Shown: positions 1-10,397 of the stretch, one piece after another
Position numbering within the stretch: the stretch's first letter is position 1
How the letters are laid out: each line of letters begins with the position of its first letter
Assembly (NCBI GenBank): GCA_963803805.1
Contig: CAWDOD010000002.1
Span: forward strand, 1,184,001-1,248,000
Length of the DNA stretch: 64,000 bases
Direction of reading: 5' to 3'
Source of the DNA: an uncultured cyanobacterium
GTDB lineage: Bacteria; Cyanobacteriota; Cyanobacteriia; Cyanobacteriales; CAWCAG01
The notes under the pieces: generated by a model
What the model was told of the DNA's origin: nothing
The model's input: only the letters and a program-made list of their open reading frames with translations
The model's database searches: none
Translations under genes and position numbers: made by a program

Positions 1-1107
1 GCATTAAATGAATCCATCGTGCGAGTAGGAGATAAAGCCTTGGCAATTTTATGGCAAGAACAATTATTTGAACTAGATGTTATCTCCCTTGCTAAACTCG
101 TTTCCAAAAAATTAAACTCTCCCCTTAACTTAAATGATTATGAAATATATTCTCCTGTTAGTATAGGAATTGCTTTTGGCAACAAGAATTCTCAAACAGA
201 AAAAAACTGCTTTTCTCAGCCAGAAGATTTACTAGATGCAGCAGATACGGCTATGAATTATGCCAAAACTGAAGCTAAAGCTGGTTATGCTGTCTTCAAA
301 CCCCAAATGCACCAGCAAGCTTTAGCACGTTTGCAGTTAGAAACAGACTTGCGACGAGGTATTCAAAATGAGCAACTGAAAATTGTTTACCAACCAATAG
401 TTTCTCTAAAAACCGGCGTTATTACTGGATTTGAAGCCCTAGTGCGTTGGAAACACCCTACAGAGGGCTGGATTTCTCCCAACAAATTTATTCCTTTAGC
501 AGAAGAAAGCGGTTTAATAAGTTCAATTGATTGGTGGATTTTAGAAAAAGCTTGCCAACAAATCAGCACTTGGCAAAGAGAAGGTAAAGTAAGTGATTCT
601 TTTGCTGTAAGTGTGAATATGTCTGGGCAAATGCTCTATCAAATCGGTATGCAGTCTCGTTTGGAGAGTATTTTAAGTAAAACTCAAATTAAAAGAGGTA
701 GCTTGAAGCTAGAAATCACTGAAAGGGTGATGATGAAACACAATGATGTCGAAACAGGAATGCTGCAACAGCTTAAGTCTCTCGGTATTAAACTTTCTAT
801 TGACGATTTTGGTACAGGTTATTCTTGTTTGGAAAGATTGCATCAACTGCCCATTGATACTTTAAAGATAGACCGTTCTTTCGTTAGTCGTATGGATTCT
901 GACGAAGAAAGTTTAGAAATTATTCGCACCATTATTACCTTAGCCCACGGCTTGGAAATGGATGTGATTGCCGAAGGGATTGAAGAAGCAGAACAAATTT
1001 CTCAACTACTTTGGTTACAGTGTGAATATGGACAAGGATATTTGTTTTCTAAACCTCTTCAAGGGAAAGCAGCAGAGAAGTTGTTAGCAGAAAAATTGTA
1101 TTGGTAA
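1..1107 (+). CDS. GGDEF(degenerate)-EAL c-di-GMP phosphodiesterase, 5' part outside the window
   Basis: Frame is open from base 1. FEALVRW, DDFGTGYS, LKIDRSF, EGIE and GQGY motifs are intact. The GGDEF position reads RVGDK. Confidence 0.9.
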   Translation, partial: ALNESIVRVGDKALAILWQEQLFELDVISLAKLVSKKLNSPLNLNDYEIYSPVSIGIAFGNKNSQTEKNCFSQPEDLLDAADTAMNYAKTEAKAGYAVFKPQMHQQALARLQLETDLRRGIQNEQLKIVYQPIVSLKTGVITGFEALVRWKHPTEGWISPNKFIPLAEESGLISSIDWWILEKACQQISTWQREGKVSDSFAVSVNMSGQMLYQIGMQSRLESILSKTQIKRGSLKLEITERVMMKHNDVETGMLQQLKSLGIKLSIDDFGTGYSCLERLHQLPIDTLKIDRSFVSRMDSDEESLEIIRTIITLAHGLEMDVIAEGIEEAEQISQLLWLQCEYGQGYLFSKPLQGKAAEKLLAEKLYW

Positions 1108-1132
1108 TAACATTTATTATTAGACATCCAGT

Positions 1133-1246
1133 AAGGGAGATTCAATTAAATAAGTATCCAACCACCCCATCAAATATCTAATTGGTTTGTCGATATTTTC
1201 CCTGCACCTGAATAAACTTGGATGTTTTATTTTCTGGAGTTCCCTA
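1133..1246. mobile_element. Possible degenerate MITE
   Basis: Left end AAGGGAGATTCAATTAAATAAGTATCCAA is an imperfect match to the reverse complement of the right end (TAGGGAACTCCAGAAAATAAAACATCCAA). Confidence 0.3.
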
Positions 1247-2040
1247 ACTAGCTATGAGCCATCTAGAAAGATTTTTTAGATATTCTTTCCGGCTGTACGA
1301 AAAAGGAAAAAAGCATTGCCGCTTAAAAATGCCTTTGAAAACTTGTTTTTAGGAACGCACCTTTTCCACCATGTACAGAATATCATGTCAAGGAAGGAAA
1401 AAGCAAAGTTTGGTTTAATTTAAACACTGATAAGCAAAACTTTTGTTTTTATTAGTTAACCTAAAAATAATCTAAACAAAGCAAGTTTTTAGAGCTTTTA
1501 TAAAGCTATATTAAGAAGGGTTTTAGCAACGTATTTTCAAGGTTATCTTCTGTAGTACTATAATTAGTGAATTATTAAAGAGTGTTATTTTGGGTTTTTT
1601 GTAACTATAAAAGTTTGTTCTTGATAAAGCTAACGCAACATCAAGCTTTATCTCCAACTTAACGGCTATTGAAAAGTATTTGGTTCATAATACAACTGGC
1701 CTTACATTTACTTCATACTTCGCAATAAAACAAGCTACCTCTTGACAAAGCATGAGTAAGGTGCAATCGCTTAGTTGAAAAATAGGTTGCCGTGAACCAC
1801 AATTCTAGAATTTCTTAGGATTTAAGTGAGATTAGGAGAAAGAGTGTTTGTCTCTGCGACTTCCTGAGTAGAAAAATGCTATAGCTATTTAAAAAGGTTG
1901 CTGTAGCTGAATTCAAGAATATTAGCTAGCAAAAAAACCATCACAAGTATGCTCATATAACTAAGATTTGACATTCTCACGTAAATTGACTATAAAAGTG
2001 ATATCTCACATAAATGAAGTAATTTTATTGGTTTTAAGCT

Positions 2041-3429
2041 ATGAAAACTATTTATACAAAAATCCTCATCTTTCCCCTCACTTTTGTATTAGGTTTATCT
2101 ACCGTAGGTTGCGGCGAAACTCGGTCTGTACAATGCAACAAGATTGGTGATATTGTCAACGACACAAGCTCCAAATTACGCGGGGCCGGAACCGGAAAAG
2201 CAGGATTGCTCGAAGGTATTAACATTGCTAAACAAGGAGCAGATCAGTTAGAGAATCTTCAAGTGAGGGATAAAAGCCTTAAGAATTTGCAATCTCACTT
2301 AATAGAAAATTATCGAGAATACAGCCAAGCTTACCAAGAACTAACTCAATTTGTAGACAAACATGGAGTCGTTCAAGGCAACAACCCTCAAATAGAAAAA
2401 CTTATTGTCCGCAGTGCTGAAATTGGTAAAAAATCAAACTCTATTGTTGCAGGATTAGAAAGCTATTGTAGTGGAGATAGCCTCCCCGAAGAGTTTAAAG
2501 CACCTGCTGTCAGCGAATTAATACTTGCAAAGGAAGAACAACCTCAAGTACAAACAGTTTCTGACACTTCTGTAACCTCTACCCCACAAAAACAACAACG
2601 CAACAACTTTACTAAAGCTCTTGATCTAGGTATGAGTGCTGCTGTCATGGGACAAACAGCACTTTCTGCTGAAGATTGGCAGTTAGTAGCTAAAAAATGG
2701 CAAGGTGCGATCACACTTTTAAAAGCTGTTTCCTCATCCAATAGTAATTACAAACAAGCCCAGAACAAAATCTTTGAATATCAATCTAACTTAGAGATTG
2801 CCCAAAATAAAGTTGCTCAATACCAACGCAACTACTTTCAAGAAGCTTTAAATAGCGGTAGACGGGCTGCCAATGGTGCAAGTTCAGCTAATAGTGCCAA
2901 AGATTGGCAACAAGTAGCCCAAAACTGGCAACAAGGTATCAAACATTTGCAAGCAGTATCAAAAACTAGCTCCAATTACAACAAAGCTCAAAACAAAATC
3001 TATGAATATGAGAATAACCTTGCCATTGCTAAATATCAACAAGAGCAATACCTTTACCGAGAAAATCCTTGTCTTTTAGTCGCCAAAGAAGCTAATTCCT
3101 CTCAGCTTGTGGAATTAAATCAAGTCGGATTTTACCCAACCTCTTCTGGGCAAAGCAACTATATTACGGGTTGCCTTACCAACCACAGTGGCAAAAGTTT
3201 AAGCAATGTTAGGGTTAGCCTAAACTATGCCGGCTTAAACCCCGCTACTGGCATTATTTTTGGCCAAAAAACTTCTTCCCTCACCTTTACTAACAGCACT
3301 GTTAAACCTGGACAAACAGTACCGTTTCAACTTAATTCTTCCCTAAACAGAGATATACTATACGTAGAAATAACCACCCTATCCTCAGAACTAGGAACAA
3401 CTCCTTTATATGTTGAGGTAGGTGGATGA
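2041..3429 (+). CDS. Lipoprotein with two helical (TPR-like) repeats and a C-terminal FxLYD-like beta domain
   Basis: Lipobox STVG-C. Duplicated unit 'F..AL..G..AA......SA.DWQ.VA..WQ..I..L.AVS...SNY..AQNKI.EY..NL.IA'. C-terminal ITGCLTN...PGQTVPF. Confidence 0.6.
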   Translation: MKTIYTKILIFPLTFVLGLSTVGCGETRSVQCNKIGDIVNDTSSKLRGAGTGKAGLLEGINIAKQGADQLENLQVRDKSLKNLQSHLIENYREYSQAYQELTQFVDKHGVVQGNNPQIEKLIVRSAEIGKKSNSIVAGLESYCSGDSLPEEFKAPAVSELILAKEEQPQVQTVSDTSVTSTPQKQQRNNFTKALDLGMSAAVMGQTALSAEDWQLVAKKWQGAITLLKAVSSSNSNYKQAQNKIFEYQSNLEIAQNKVAQYQRNYFQEALNSGRRAANGASSANSAKDWQQVAQNWQQGIKHLQAVSKTSSNYNKAQNKIYEYENNLAIAKYQQEQYLYRENPCLLVAKEANSSQLVELNQVGFYPTSSGQSNYITGCLTNHSGKSLSNVRVSLNYAGLNPATGIIFGQKTSSLTFTNSTVKPGQTVPFQLNSSLNRDILYVEITTLSSELGTTPLYVEVGG

Positions 3430-3898
3430 GGGGATGAGATACGGGAGAAAAAACTGTTGCCTATTGCCTACTGCCCATACCAGATAAAGTTAATTGATTT
3501 AACTCTTAATAATTATTCTGATAAGGGTATCATACCTATAGTTGAACTTGCTTACCTGTGTTAATTTTGAAGCTAAACTTGTTGAAAGTAACCAAGCTAT
3601 AAAATCAGAGAATTTTTATGGTGTAAGTAGAGATGATTATTTTAAATAAAAGAATTTCTTCACTAAAATAAGCTATTTTGAGCCTAATAAAACAGGTATC
3701 TATGGTTAAAACAATTGATTATTCTCTCTGTAGAGTGATGCGTAAGTATTCAAAATTAGTTTATTACTATCTCAAGTATATTTTGATAGCTAGTTTTCAC
3801 TGTTAAAGGTTCTCCTTTACTTGTCAATGTTCAGTTGACAAACTAGGAATTGTATTAGTTTATAACTTAACTCTTTCCCTATTGACTAGTTTCACCAA

Positions 3899-5344
3899 AT
3901 GAAATTCAGTATCATTATCACTACCTACAATCGTCTGCCCTTATTAAAGCGTGCTATTGAAAAATCTTTGGCTCAAACTATTCCCTGCGAAGTTATTGTC
4001 GTAGATGATTGTTCTGAGGATGGAACCCAAGATTACGTCACTACTTTTATCAAAAAAACCGGTAATAAATCCTTGGTTTATCATCGCAATCAGGTTAACC
4101 TAGGTCATTCCCAGAGTGTTAATGTCGGGGTTAAAATTGCTACAGGAGAATGGCTTAAATTTCTTGATGATGACGATTATCTTGCCCCTAATTGCATCGA
4201 AGAAATTACTCAAGTTGTTTCTCTACATCCTCAAGGGGTAATTTGCTCTGTACAAGCAGCCCAAGTAGATGAAAATGAAGTAGAAATCACCAGAACTAGA
4301 CAAATCACTGCTGGTAAAGCTTTTTATATCCCTCAAGAAGACATTCACTACGGTATGCTGCTAGAGATGGTTCCTTTTGGCACTCCGGTTCAAGTTGCTT
4401 GTCGCCGAGATGCTTTCCTCAAATCGGGGGGTTGGGATTCTGGTTTGGACGCTAATTTTGATGATATAGATTCTTGGATTAAAATTGCTCAGTTTGGAGA
4501 TGCTATTTTCATCAATGAGTGTTTAGCTTATCGTACTATTTGGTCTGGTGCATTTAACCAAAAGTTTTCTTTAGAAAAGCGGCTAGAAACCAACCTATTA
4601 ATTAAGCGAAGTATTCATGGTTTAATACATCCTAAACATCGCCACACGACCCCCAGCATTGAAACTATTGCTAGATATCTTAAGTTACATTGGAGCTTGG
4701 TTGCCCTCAAACAAACCAAATTTAGCACAGCTTTTCAATTAATGTTTCCCAACGTCTTTTTCTGGCCTGCTTGGCAAGTAATCTTAGGCAAAGCCGGAGA
4801 AAGCTATCGCAATCGTAACTTACATCAAATTGTGGTTAAACAGGATGTTAAGAAAGTCACTCAAGAGCAACAGTCTTACCAGGAAATAATAGAGCAAATC
4901 AGAAGCTATTTAAAGCTACGTTGGGGGCTAAAAGCTTTTCAAAAAGGTGAGTTTGCTCTAGGTATTCAAGCAGCTTTATCAGCTTTATTTTCTTCTCAAG
5001 TTTGGGGTATCACCTTCGCAGCCGCTCTTCCAAGATTGTATCAAGAAAATCTGGACTTTAAAAAGCAATTAAACCAGAATATTTTGGTAATGGAAGGGAT
5101 TTTCTCTTTGCTTAATGACAAGTATCAAGAAACATTACCTAACCTCCAAGAATTAGAAAAATATCTTAAAGTACGTCTATTTCTTTTAGCTTTTCGTGAA
5201 GGGAAACTGAGGGTTGCTATGAGGTTGGCTTTACCAACAATTCTCTCACCGGTGGTCTGGAAGCTATTATCGAGAATTGCTATCTTAACCCGTATTAGTA
5301 AGCAAAAACCCGCTATTCGTAGATTTATTTTATTAGAATCATGA
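3899..5344 (+). CDS. Family 2 glycosyltransferase with an extended repeated C-terminus
   Basis: SIIITTYNR, VVDDCSEDGT and FLDDDD motifs. Confidence 0.9.
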   Translation: MKFSIIITTYNRLPLLKRAIEKSLAQTIPCEVIVVDDCSEDGTQDYVTTFIKKTGNKSLVYHRNQVNLGHSQSVNVGVKIATGEWLKFLDDDDYLAPNCIEEITQVVSLHPQGVICSVQAAQVDENEVEITRTRQITAGKAFYIPQEDIHYGMLLEMVPFGTPVQVACRRDAFLKSGGWDSGLDANFDDIDSWIKIAQFGDAIFINECLAYRTIWSGAFNQKFSLEKRLETNLLIKRSIHGLIHPKHRHTTPSIETIARYLKLHWSLVALKQTKFSTAFQLMFPNVFFWPAWQVILGKAGESYRNRNLHQIVVKQDVKKVTQEQQSYQEIIEQIRSYLKLRWGLKAFQKGEFALGIQAALSALFSSQVWGITFAAALPRLYQENLDFKKQLNQNILVMEGIFSLLNDKYQETLPNLQELEKYLKVRLFLLAFREGKLRVAMRLALPTILSPVVWKLLSRIAILTRISKQKPAIRRFILLES

Positions 5345-5471
5345 TAAGCTGATGTGCATTTAAACTGCGTATTACTCAACTCGGAAATAAGCCCTAAAAC
5401 CCTCCCCCCATCTCCCTATCCCCCTATCTCCCCATCAAACCTAATAAGTAAATTAAATGCCTGACAGCTTA
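5345..5471. mobile_element. MITE, copy 1 (TA-flanked imperfect TIRs)
   Basis: TAAGCTGATGTGCATTTAA...TTAAATGCCTGACAGCTTA; near-identical copy at 25126-25236. Confidence 0.75.
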
Positions 5472-5478
5472 TCATTTA

Positions 5479-6900
5479 TCACCCTAGCTTTTCTTGACAG
5501 CGTTCTACATAAATACGAGCAGTTTTATCTTCAGGATTCTGCTCTACACATTCACAGAAAAGCATTTCTGCTTCAGCATAATACTTTTGGTGGAAAAACA
5601 GTAATCCCTGTTCAAATCTAATTTTAGTCTCCAATTTTCCTTGGCGTACTTCGGGAGGATCACCATCAAACACCTCATAAATAGTAACCCAATCCGATTT
5701 ACCTTTAACTTTAACCCGGTCAATAATACGAATACAATAATTGTTAGCGTCTTTTAATTTTAAGAAAGTATGATGGGAAATAAAGAAAGATACCCCATAA
5801 CTTTCGGTTATTTCTTCTAGTCGAGCAGCTAAATTAACCGTATCACTAATAACAGTACCATCCATACGATTTTTGCCTCCAACTGTACCCAACATCAAAG
5901 AACCTGTATTAATACCAATACCAATTTTAATCGGCGCACGTCCCGGTCTTTGTCTGGTTTGATTATATTCATCTAAAAGTTTTAACATAGAAATGCCAGC
6001 GGTAACAGCATCATCTGCACTACCACTAAAAAGAGCCATAATAGCATCGCCAATATATTTATCAATGAAACCATTATTATTAATAATTGCTGGCTCCATG
6101 CGGCTTAAATAGGCATTAATAAAGTTAAAGCTATCTTTTGAACTCATGCGTTCAGAAAGACTAGTAAAAGCTCGAATATCAGAAAATAAAACCGACATTT
6201 CCTTTTCTACAGATTCTCCTAATTCCACATCAATAATACTTTTTTTATTTAAGAACTGGAGAAACTCATGGGGAACAAAACGTTCGTAAGCTTGGTTAAG
6301 TTTAAATAATTGGTTAGTATATTTGCGAAGCTCTAACTCAGCATTTTTGCGTTCTGTAATATCAGCAAAAGCCGCGATCGCATAAATAATTTCTTTCTTT
6401 TCATTAAAGATTGGTGTCGCCCAAACTTCCACAGAAATAGTTTTATTTCCTTGGCGTATTTCTACATCATCAACAGCAACACTTTCTCCTTGCAAAGCCC
6501 TTAATAAAGGTTGGCGATCGCCAGGATAAAATTCAGCAGTTTCTGATAGATAAAATTGATATACTTCTGATAGCTTCTCGGCGGTGATTTCTGGAGCGAT
6601 ACCTTTACCTAACAATTGTTCTGCTCTTTTATTAGCGTAAAAAGGTTTGCCTTGAGCATCAACAACAAAAACGCCTATGGGCATAGCTTCTAGAAATTGC
6701 TGCAATCTCTTCTTGCTTTCAACTAAAACAGTTTCTGCTTGTTTGTGTAGTTCTGCTTCAATAGTGTCAGAATGTTCAGTAGTTGTCTCTAGGAGAATTT
6801 CTAGGTCAACTTTTTCCTGCTTTAACTCCGCAAGTTCCTGACGCAGATTTTCTATCTCTAATAAGAGTTGTTCTGTAGAGGGTGGTTCTTCTTGCTGCAT
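5479..6900 (-). CDS. Coiled-coil-PAS class III adenylate cyclase
   Basis: VLFSDIRAFT, IDKYIGDAIM and GTVISDTVNLAARLE (both Asp, Lys, Thr, Asn and Arg present). PAS motifs MPIGVFVVD...DITERK. Confidence 0.9.
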   Translation of the reverse strand: MQQEEPPSTEQLLLEIENLRQELAELKQEKVDLEILLETTTEHSDTIEAELHKQAETVLVESKKRLQQFLEAMPIGVFVVDAQGKPFYANKRAEQLLGKGIAPEITAEKLSEVYQFYLSETAEFYPGDRQPLLRALQGESVAVDDVEIRQGNKTISVEVWATPIFNEKKEIIYAIAAFADITERKNAELELRKYTNQLFKLNQAYERFVPHEFLQFLNKKSIIDVELGESVEKEMSVLFSDIRAFTSLSERMSSKDSFNFINAYLSRMEPAIINNNGFIDKYIGDAIMALFSGSADDAVTAGISMLKLLDEYNQTRQRPGRAPIKIGIGINTGSLMLGTVGGKNRMDGTVISDTVNLAARLEEITESYGVSFFISHHTFLKLKDANNYCIRIIDRVKVKGKSDWVTIYEVFDGDPPEVRQGKLETKIRFEQGLLFFHQKYYAEAEMLFCECVEQNPEDKTARIYVERCQEKLG

Positions 6901-6966
6901 TGCACAGGATGGGATTCATTTTTCAAAGTTTAATTCGATTTACTTAATTACTTATTACTTACTATT

Positions 6967-7311
6967 CTACGCCCATTCTAATTCTAAGCTAGGCATCAAG
7001 CGTTGGAGATTTTTCAAGGATTTGCCTTGCCAAGGAATTTGCTTAGATCCCTGTACTACCATAGAAACATCTTTTTTCTGGCGGACTTTAATAACAAATT
7101 TTGATAAAACATTAATACCTGAACTATTAAGAAACTGCAAGTCTTGCAAATTCAAAGTAATAATGGGAGACTTTTGTTCAAGGACTTGGTGTAGTAACTC
7201 AATAATTGGTGCATATTCTTCCATACCACTAAGTCTTAGAGTCCCTTGACAGTTTACCGTTGCTGTAGATTGTTTATAGCAAATACTGTATTCTTTTGTC
7301 TTAATCTCCAT
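6967..7311 (-). CDS. Slr1659-family STAS/SiaC-like anti-anti-sigma-type protein
   Basis: 114 aa; GTLRL...LQFLNSSGI...IPWQGKSLKNLQRL signature. Confidence 0.8.
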   Translation of the reverse strand: MEIKTKEYSICYKQSTATVNCQGTLRLSGMEEYAPIIELLHQVLEQKSPIITLNLQDLQFLNSSGINVLSKFVIKVRQKKDVSMVVQGSKQIPWQGKSLKNLQRLMPSLELEWA

Positions 7312-7326
7312 TTCTACCTCTGTAAG

Positions 7327-7908
7327 CTATAACTTTAGCTGTACTAATGTGGTTAAAGCAACTATTTCTGGATCTTGCTGCACCGTCTCTAATTTCCAGC
7401 CAACCTGTGCCATATAATCATTGATTATGGTTAAAAAGCCTAACCCAGAGTTGGTATCGTTGTCACCCTGAGCATTTTCTTCTAATTGCAGAATATATAA
7501 TTCTTGGGGATCGTAGGTTGCTAGTTTGTTGATAAAAACTTTAAGTTTATCTTGGTATTGAGAACTAATGCTATTAGTAGTAGAAAAAACCACTCTATCC
7601 CGGTGAAAATGCAAGCTAATACTGATCGGATAATCCTTTTCTTCATCATTGAACTTCATTGCATTTTCTAACAATTCATTGGCAATATAACTAACAGCAC
7701 CTTTAATCTCTGCTTGATGCTCCATCTCATTTAACTCAATTTCATTGTTAAGAAAGAAAGTGGTTAAATAGTCTCCTAAAAAATCAGCCGATAAACCATT
7801 GTTGCGCCAACGTTTCTTGATGGGAACTGAGCTAGGTGAAAATTGCAGGATCAAATATTCTTGAGTTGCAGGTAGATTGTGTCCGTAGTCTCCAAATACT
7901 TGCTTCAT
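7327..7908 (-). CDS. Slr1658-family SiaB-like HATPase_c Ser/Thr kinase
   Basis: RWRNNGLSADF, N-box NELLENAMKF and G-box SGLGFLT. Start overlaps the upstream stop (ATGA). Confidence 0.8.
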   Translation of the reverse strand: MKQVFGDYGHNLPATQEYLILQFSPSSVPIKKRWRNNGLSADFLGDYLTTFFLNNEIELNEMEHQAEIKGAVSYIANELLENAMKFNDEEKDYPISISLHFHRDRVVFSTTNSISSQYQDKLKVFINKLATYDPQELYILQLEENAQGDNDTNSGLGFLTIINDYMAQVGWKLETVQQDPEIVALTTLVQLKL

Positions 7909-10397
7909 GGTAATTCAATTATTTCTAACCCTTTTCTTTTAATTGCCACCAAAGTAATATCATCATAAATCTTTTGCTCCCCAATATATTCTTTGAGATG
8001 GCTAATTACCTCAGAGCAAATCTCCCCCACAGATTTAGACCAATGTTGTTGGATTACTTGACACAATCTTTCTATGCCGTAATGTAAACCATCCTCATTT
8101 TCAGCCTCGGTAATCCCATCTGTATAAAGTATTATTCCATCTCCTGGCCCTAACTCTACCTTTGTTTCTGCTAAGAACTCAACTACATCTTCAATTAAAC
8201 CTAAAGGAAAACCTAAATCAATGGTATCAATCCGCTCAATTTCGCCATTTTGGCGTACTAAAATGACTTCTTCATGTTGACCACTTAAGGTAAGAATACC
8301 TGCTTGATAGTCCAATAAACAAAGGGTAAGATTTTTGTCAGAACTCATACGTTGGACATTCTCATACACTGTCCAATTAATAGCTTCTAGGTATTTTTTG
8401 AGGTCAGTCTCGCCATTGGCTAATAGGGTTCGTACAGCAGTTTGTACCATCAACATCAGTACCCCACTCTCTAAGCCATGTCCTGTCACATCGCCAATAC
8501 CAATTTTGAAACTACCGTCATGATAGATGACATCATAATAATCTCCTCCCACTTCGTGGGCAGGTTCCATGAAACCAGCTATGTCTAACTCTGGTATTTT
8601 CCTAAGTTCTTCCTGATTAGGGAGAATCATGGTTTGGAGGCGACGGGTGATATCTACTTCTGCACTGAGGCGGAGGTTTTCTTGTTGCAGTCTTTGATTA
8701 AGGGTGGTAATTTCTAAGTTAGCTTGGGCTAAAGCTTGTTGGGCTTCTTTGCGATCGCTTATATCTCGAAAAATGCCAGTGTAGAATCCCCCGGAGGCTA
8801 ATTTTGCTTCTGATAAGCTAGCTTCTAAAGGTAGTGTTGAATCATTGGCTTGCTTACCAATAATTTCATGTAAACCTACTCCTAATAAATTCTCTAAGGA
8901 AATATCTTCCGGCAATTCCAAAAGTTGATACATCGACATTCCTACTAAATTGCTAAGAGGATAGCCGAAAATCACTTCTGCACTAGGATTAGCCATAATA
9001 ATTTGTAAATCTAGTTTGCTGAAGGTGATGATGGCATCAGTGGCGGTTTTAAAAAGAGCTTCTGTGCGGTTTATAGCTTCTTCTAAAGCATCCATTACCT
9101 GATTGTAGCGTTGGGCAATTAAGCCGACTTCAGTAAAGGGTTCTACGGGAACACGCAAACTCAAATCTTGAGTTTCGGCTTGCAAATCCATAACCTTAAA
9201 TAAGTCGTGAACCTCTGTTTTAGCGCGATGTTCTGATATATTTAAACCAACTTTCTCTTCTTGCAAAGAAACTCGTAAAGGGAAGAAACGTTTAAGGGAG
9301 CTTAGTAGCAAGTAACTTAGACCGAAAGACCAGATAAAACAGACAAAAATCCCCAACAATTGTACTAAAATTTGGTTTTCTTTGTTTAATCCGGTTGCTA
9401 ATAAATCTGCTTTGCCAAACAAAGCTACAGCTAAAGTTCCCCATACTCCTGCCCCACCATGAACGGCGATCGCATCTACTGCATCATCAATACGCCAACG
9501 TTTAAGCCAGTAGGAAACAACCATAGTAACCCCTGCACCAATAGAACCAATAATTGCTGCTTCCCCTGTATTAACCACATTACAGTTAGCTGTGATGGCT
9601 ACTAGCCCCGCTAGAGAGCCATTAATTAGTACCTCTACTTCCGGGATTTTGTGCTGCTGCCAACCAATTATTCCGGCGGTAATCATCCCTGCCACCCCAG
9701 CTAAGACAGTGTTAACAATGATGCCAGGGACTTGCTCGTTTAATTCTAGGGTGCTGCCACCATTGAAGCCTAACCAACCAATCCACAATAACATGGCTCC
9801 TAAAACAGAAAACTGTAAATTGGAGCCGTGAATTTTAAGGGGCCTTCCTTCAGGGAGAAATCTGCCAGTGCGAGAACCAATAACTAATAAAGCGGCTAAA
9901 CCTACCCAACCTCCTACGCTATGAACAACTGTAGAACCAGCAAAATCTACAAAACCAAGTTGTTTTAACCATCCGGCTTGGTTCCAACTCCAATGGCCAA
10001 AAAAAGGATAAATTGTACTGGAAACTAAACCGGTAGTGATTAGGTAAGCCCCAAACTTCATACGTTCTGCCACTGCCCCGGAAACTATGGTGGCGGTAGT
10101 GCTACAAAACATGACTTGGAAAAGGAAGAAGGCAGCTTTTTGAGGTTGGGAGTCTAAATTGGTCAAAAAGTCCGTTGAGCCAAGCCAGCCCCCCTGGGAA
10201 ACCCCAAACATCAAAGCATAACCGAATAGCCAAAAGAAGGCTACGGAAATGCCGAAATCTGCTAAGTTTTTAACCGCAACGTTAATACTATTTTTTGAGC
10301 GTGTTAATCCTGACTCCAAACACATAAACCCTGGTTGCATTAAAAATACTAAACCAGCAGAAACCAGGAGCCAGAGGATGTTAACAGTTGTCTCCAT
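7905..10397 (-). CDS. amt: Ammonium transporter fused to HAMP-like, PAS and SpoIIE/PP2C phosphatase domains
   Basis: Amt motifs FQVMF, GHWSW, DFAGSTVVH, GWLGFNGGS and DDAVDAIAVHG. PP2C motifs GGDYYD, GDVTGHG, YTDG and DDIT. Confidence 0.92.
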   Translation of the reverse strand: METTVNILWLLVSAGLVFLMQPGFMCLESGLTRSKNSINVAVKNLADFGISVAFFWLFGYALMFGVSQGGWLGSTDFLTNLDSQPQKAAFFLFQVMFCSTTATIVSGAVAERMKFGAYLITTGLVSSTIYPFFGHWSWNQAGWLKQLGFVDFAGSTVVHSVGGWVGLAALLVIGSRTGRFLPEGRPLKIHGSNLQFSVLGAMLLWIGWLGFNGGSTLELNEQVPGIIVNTVLAGVAGMITAGIIGWQQHKIPEVEVLINGSLAGLVAITANCNVVNTGEAAIIGSIGAGVTMVVSYWLKRWRIDDAVDAIAVHGGAGVWGTLAVALFGKADLLATGLNKENQILVQLLGIFVCFIWSFGLSYLLLSSLKRFFPLRVSLQEEKVGLNISEHRAKTEVHDLFKVMDLQAETQDLSLRVPVEPFTEVGLIAQRYNQVMDALEEAINRTEALFKTATDAIITFSKLDLQIIMANPSAEVIFGYPLSNLVGMSMYQLLELPEDISLENLLGVGLHEIIGKQANDSTLPLEASLSEAKLASGGFYTGIFRDISDRKEAQQALAQANLEITTLNQRLQQENLRLSAEVDITRRLQTMILPNQEELRKIPELDIAGFMEPAHEVGGDYYDVIYHDGSFKIGIGDVTGHGLESGVLMLMVQTAVRTLLANGETDLKKYLEAINWTVYENVQRMSSDKNLTLCLLDYQAGILTLSGQHEEVILVRQNGEIERIDTIDLGFPLGLIEDVVEFLAETKVELGPGDGIILYTDGITEAENEDGLHYGIERLCQVIQQHWSKSVGEICSEVISHLKEYIGEQKIYDDITLVAIKRKGLEIIELP

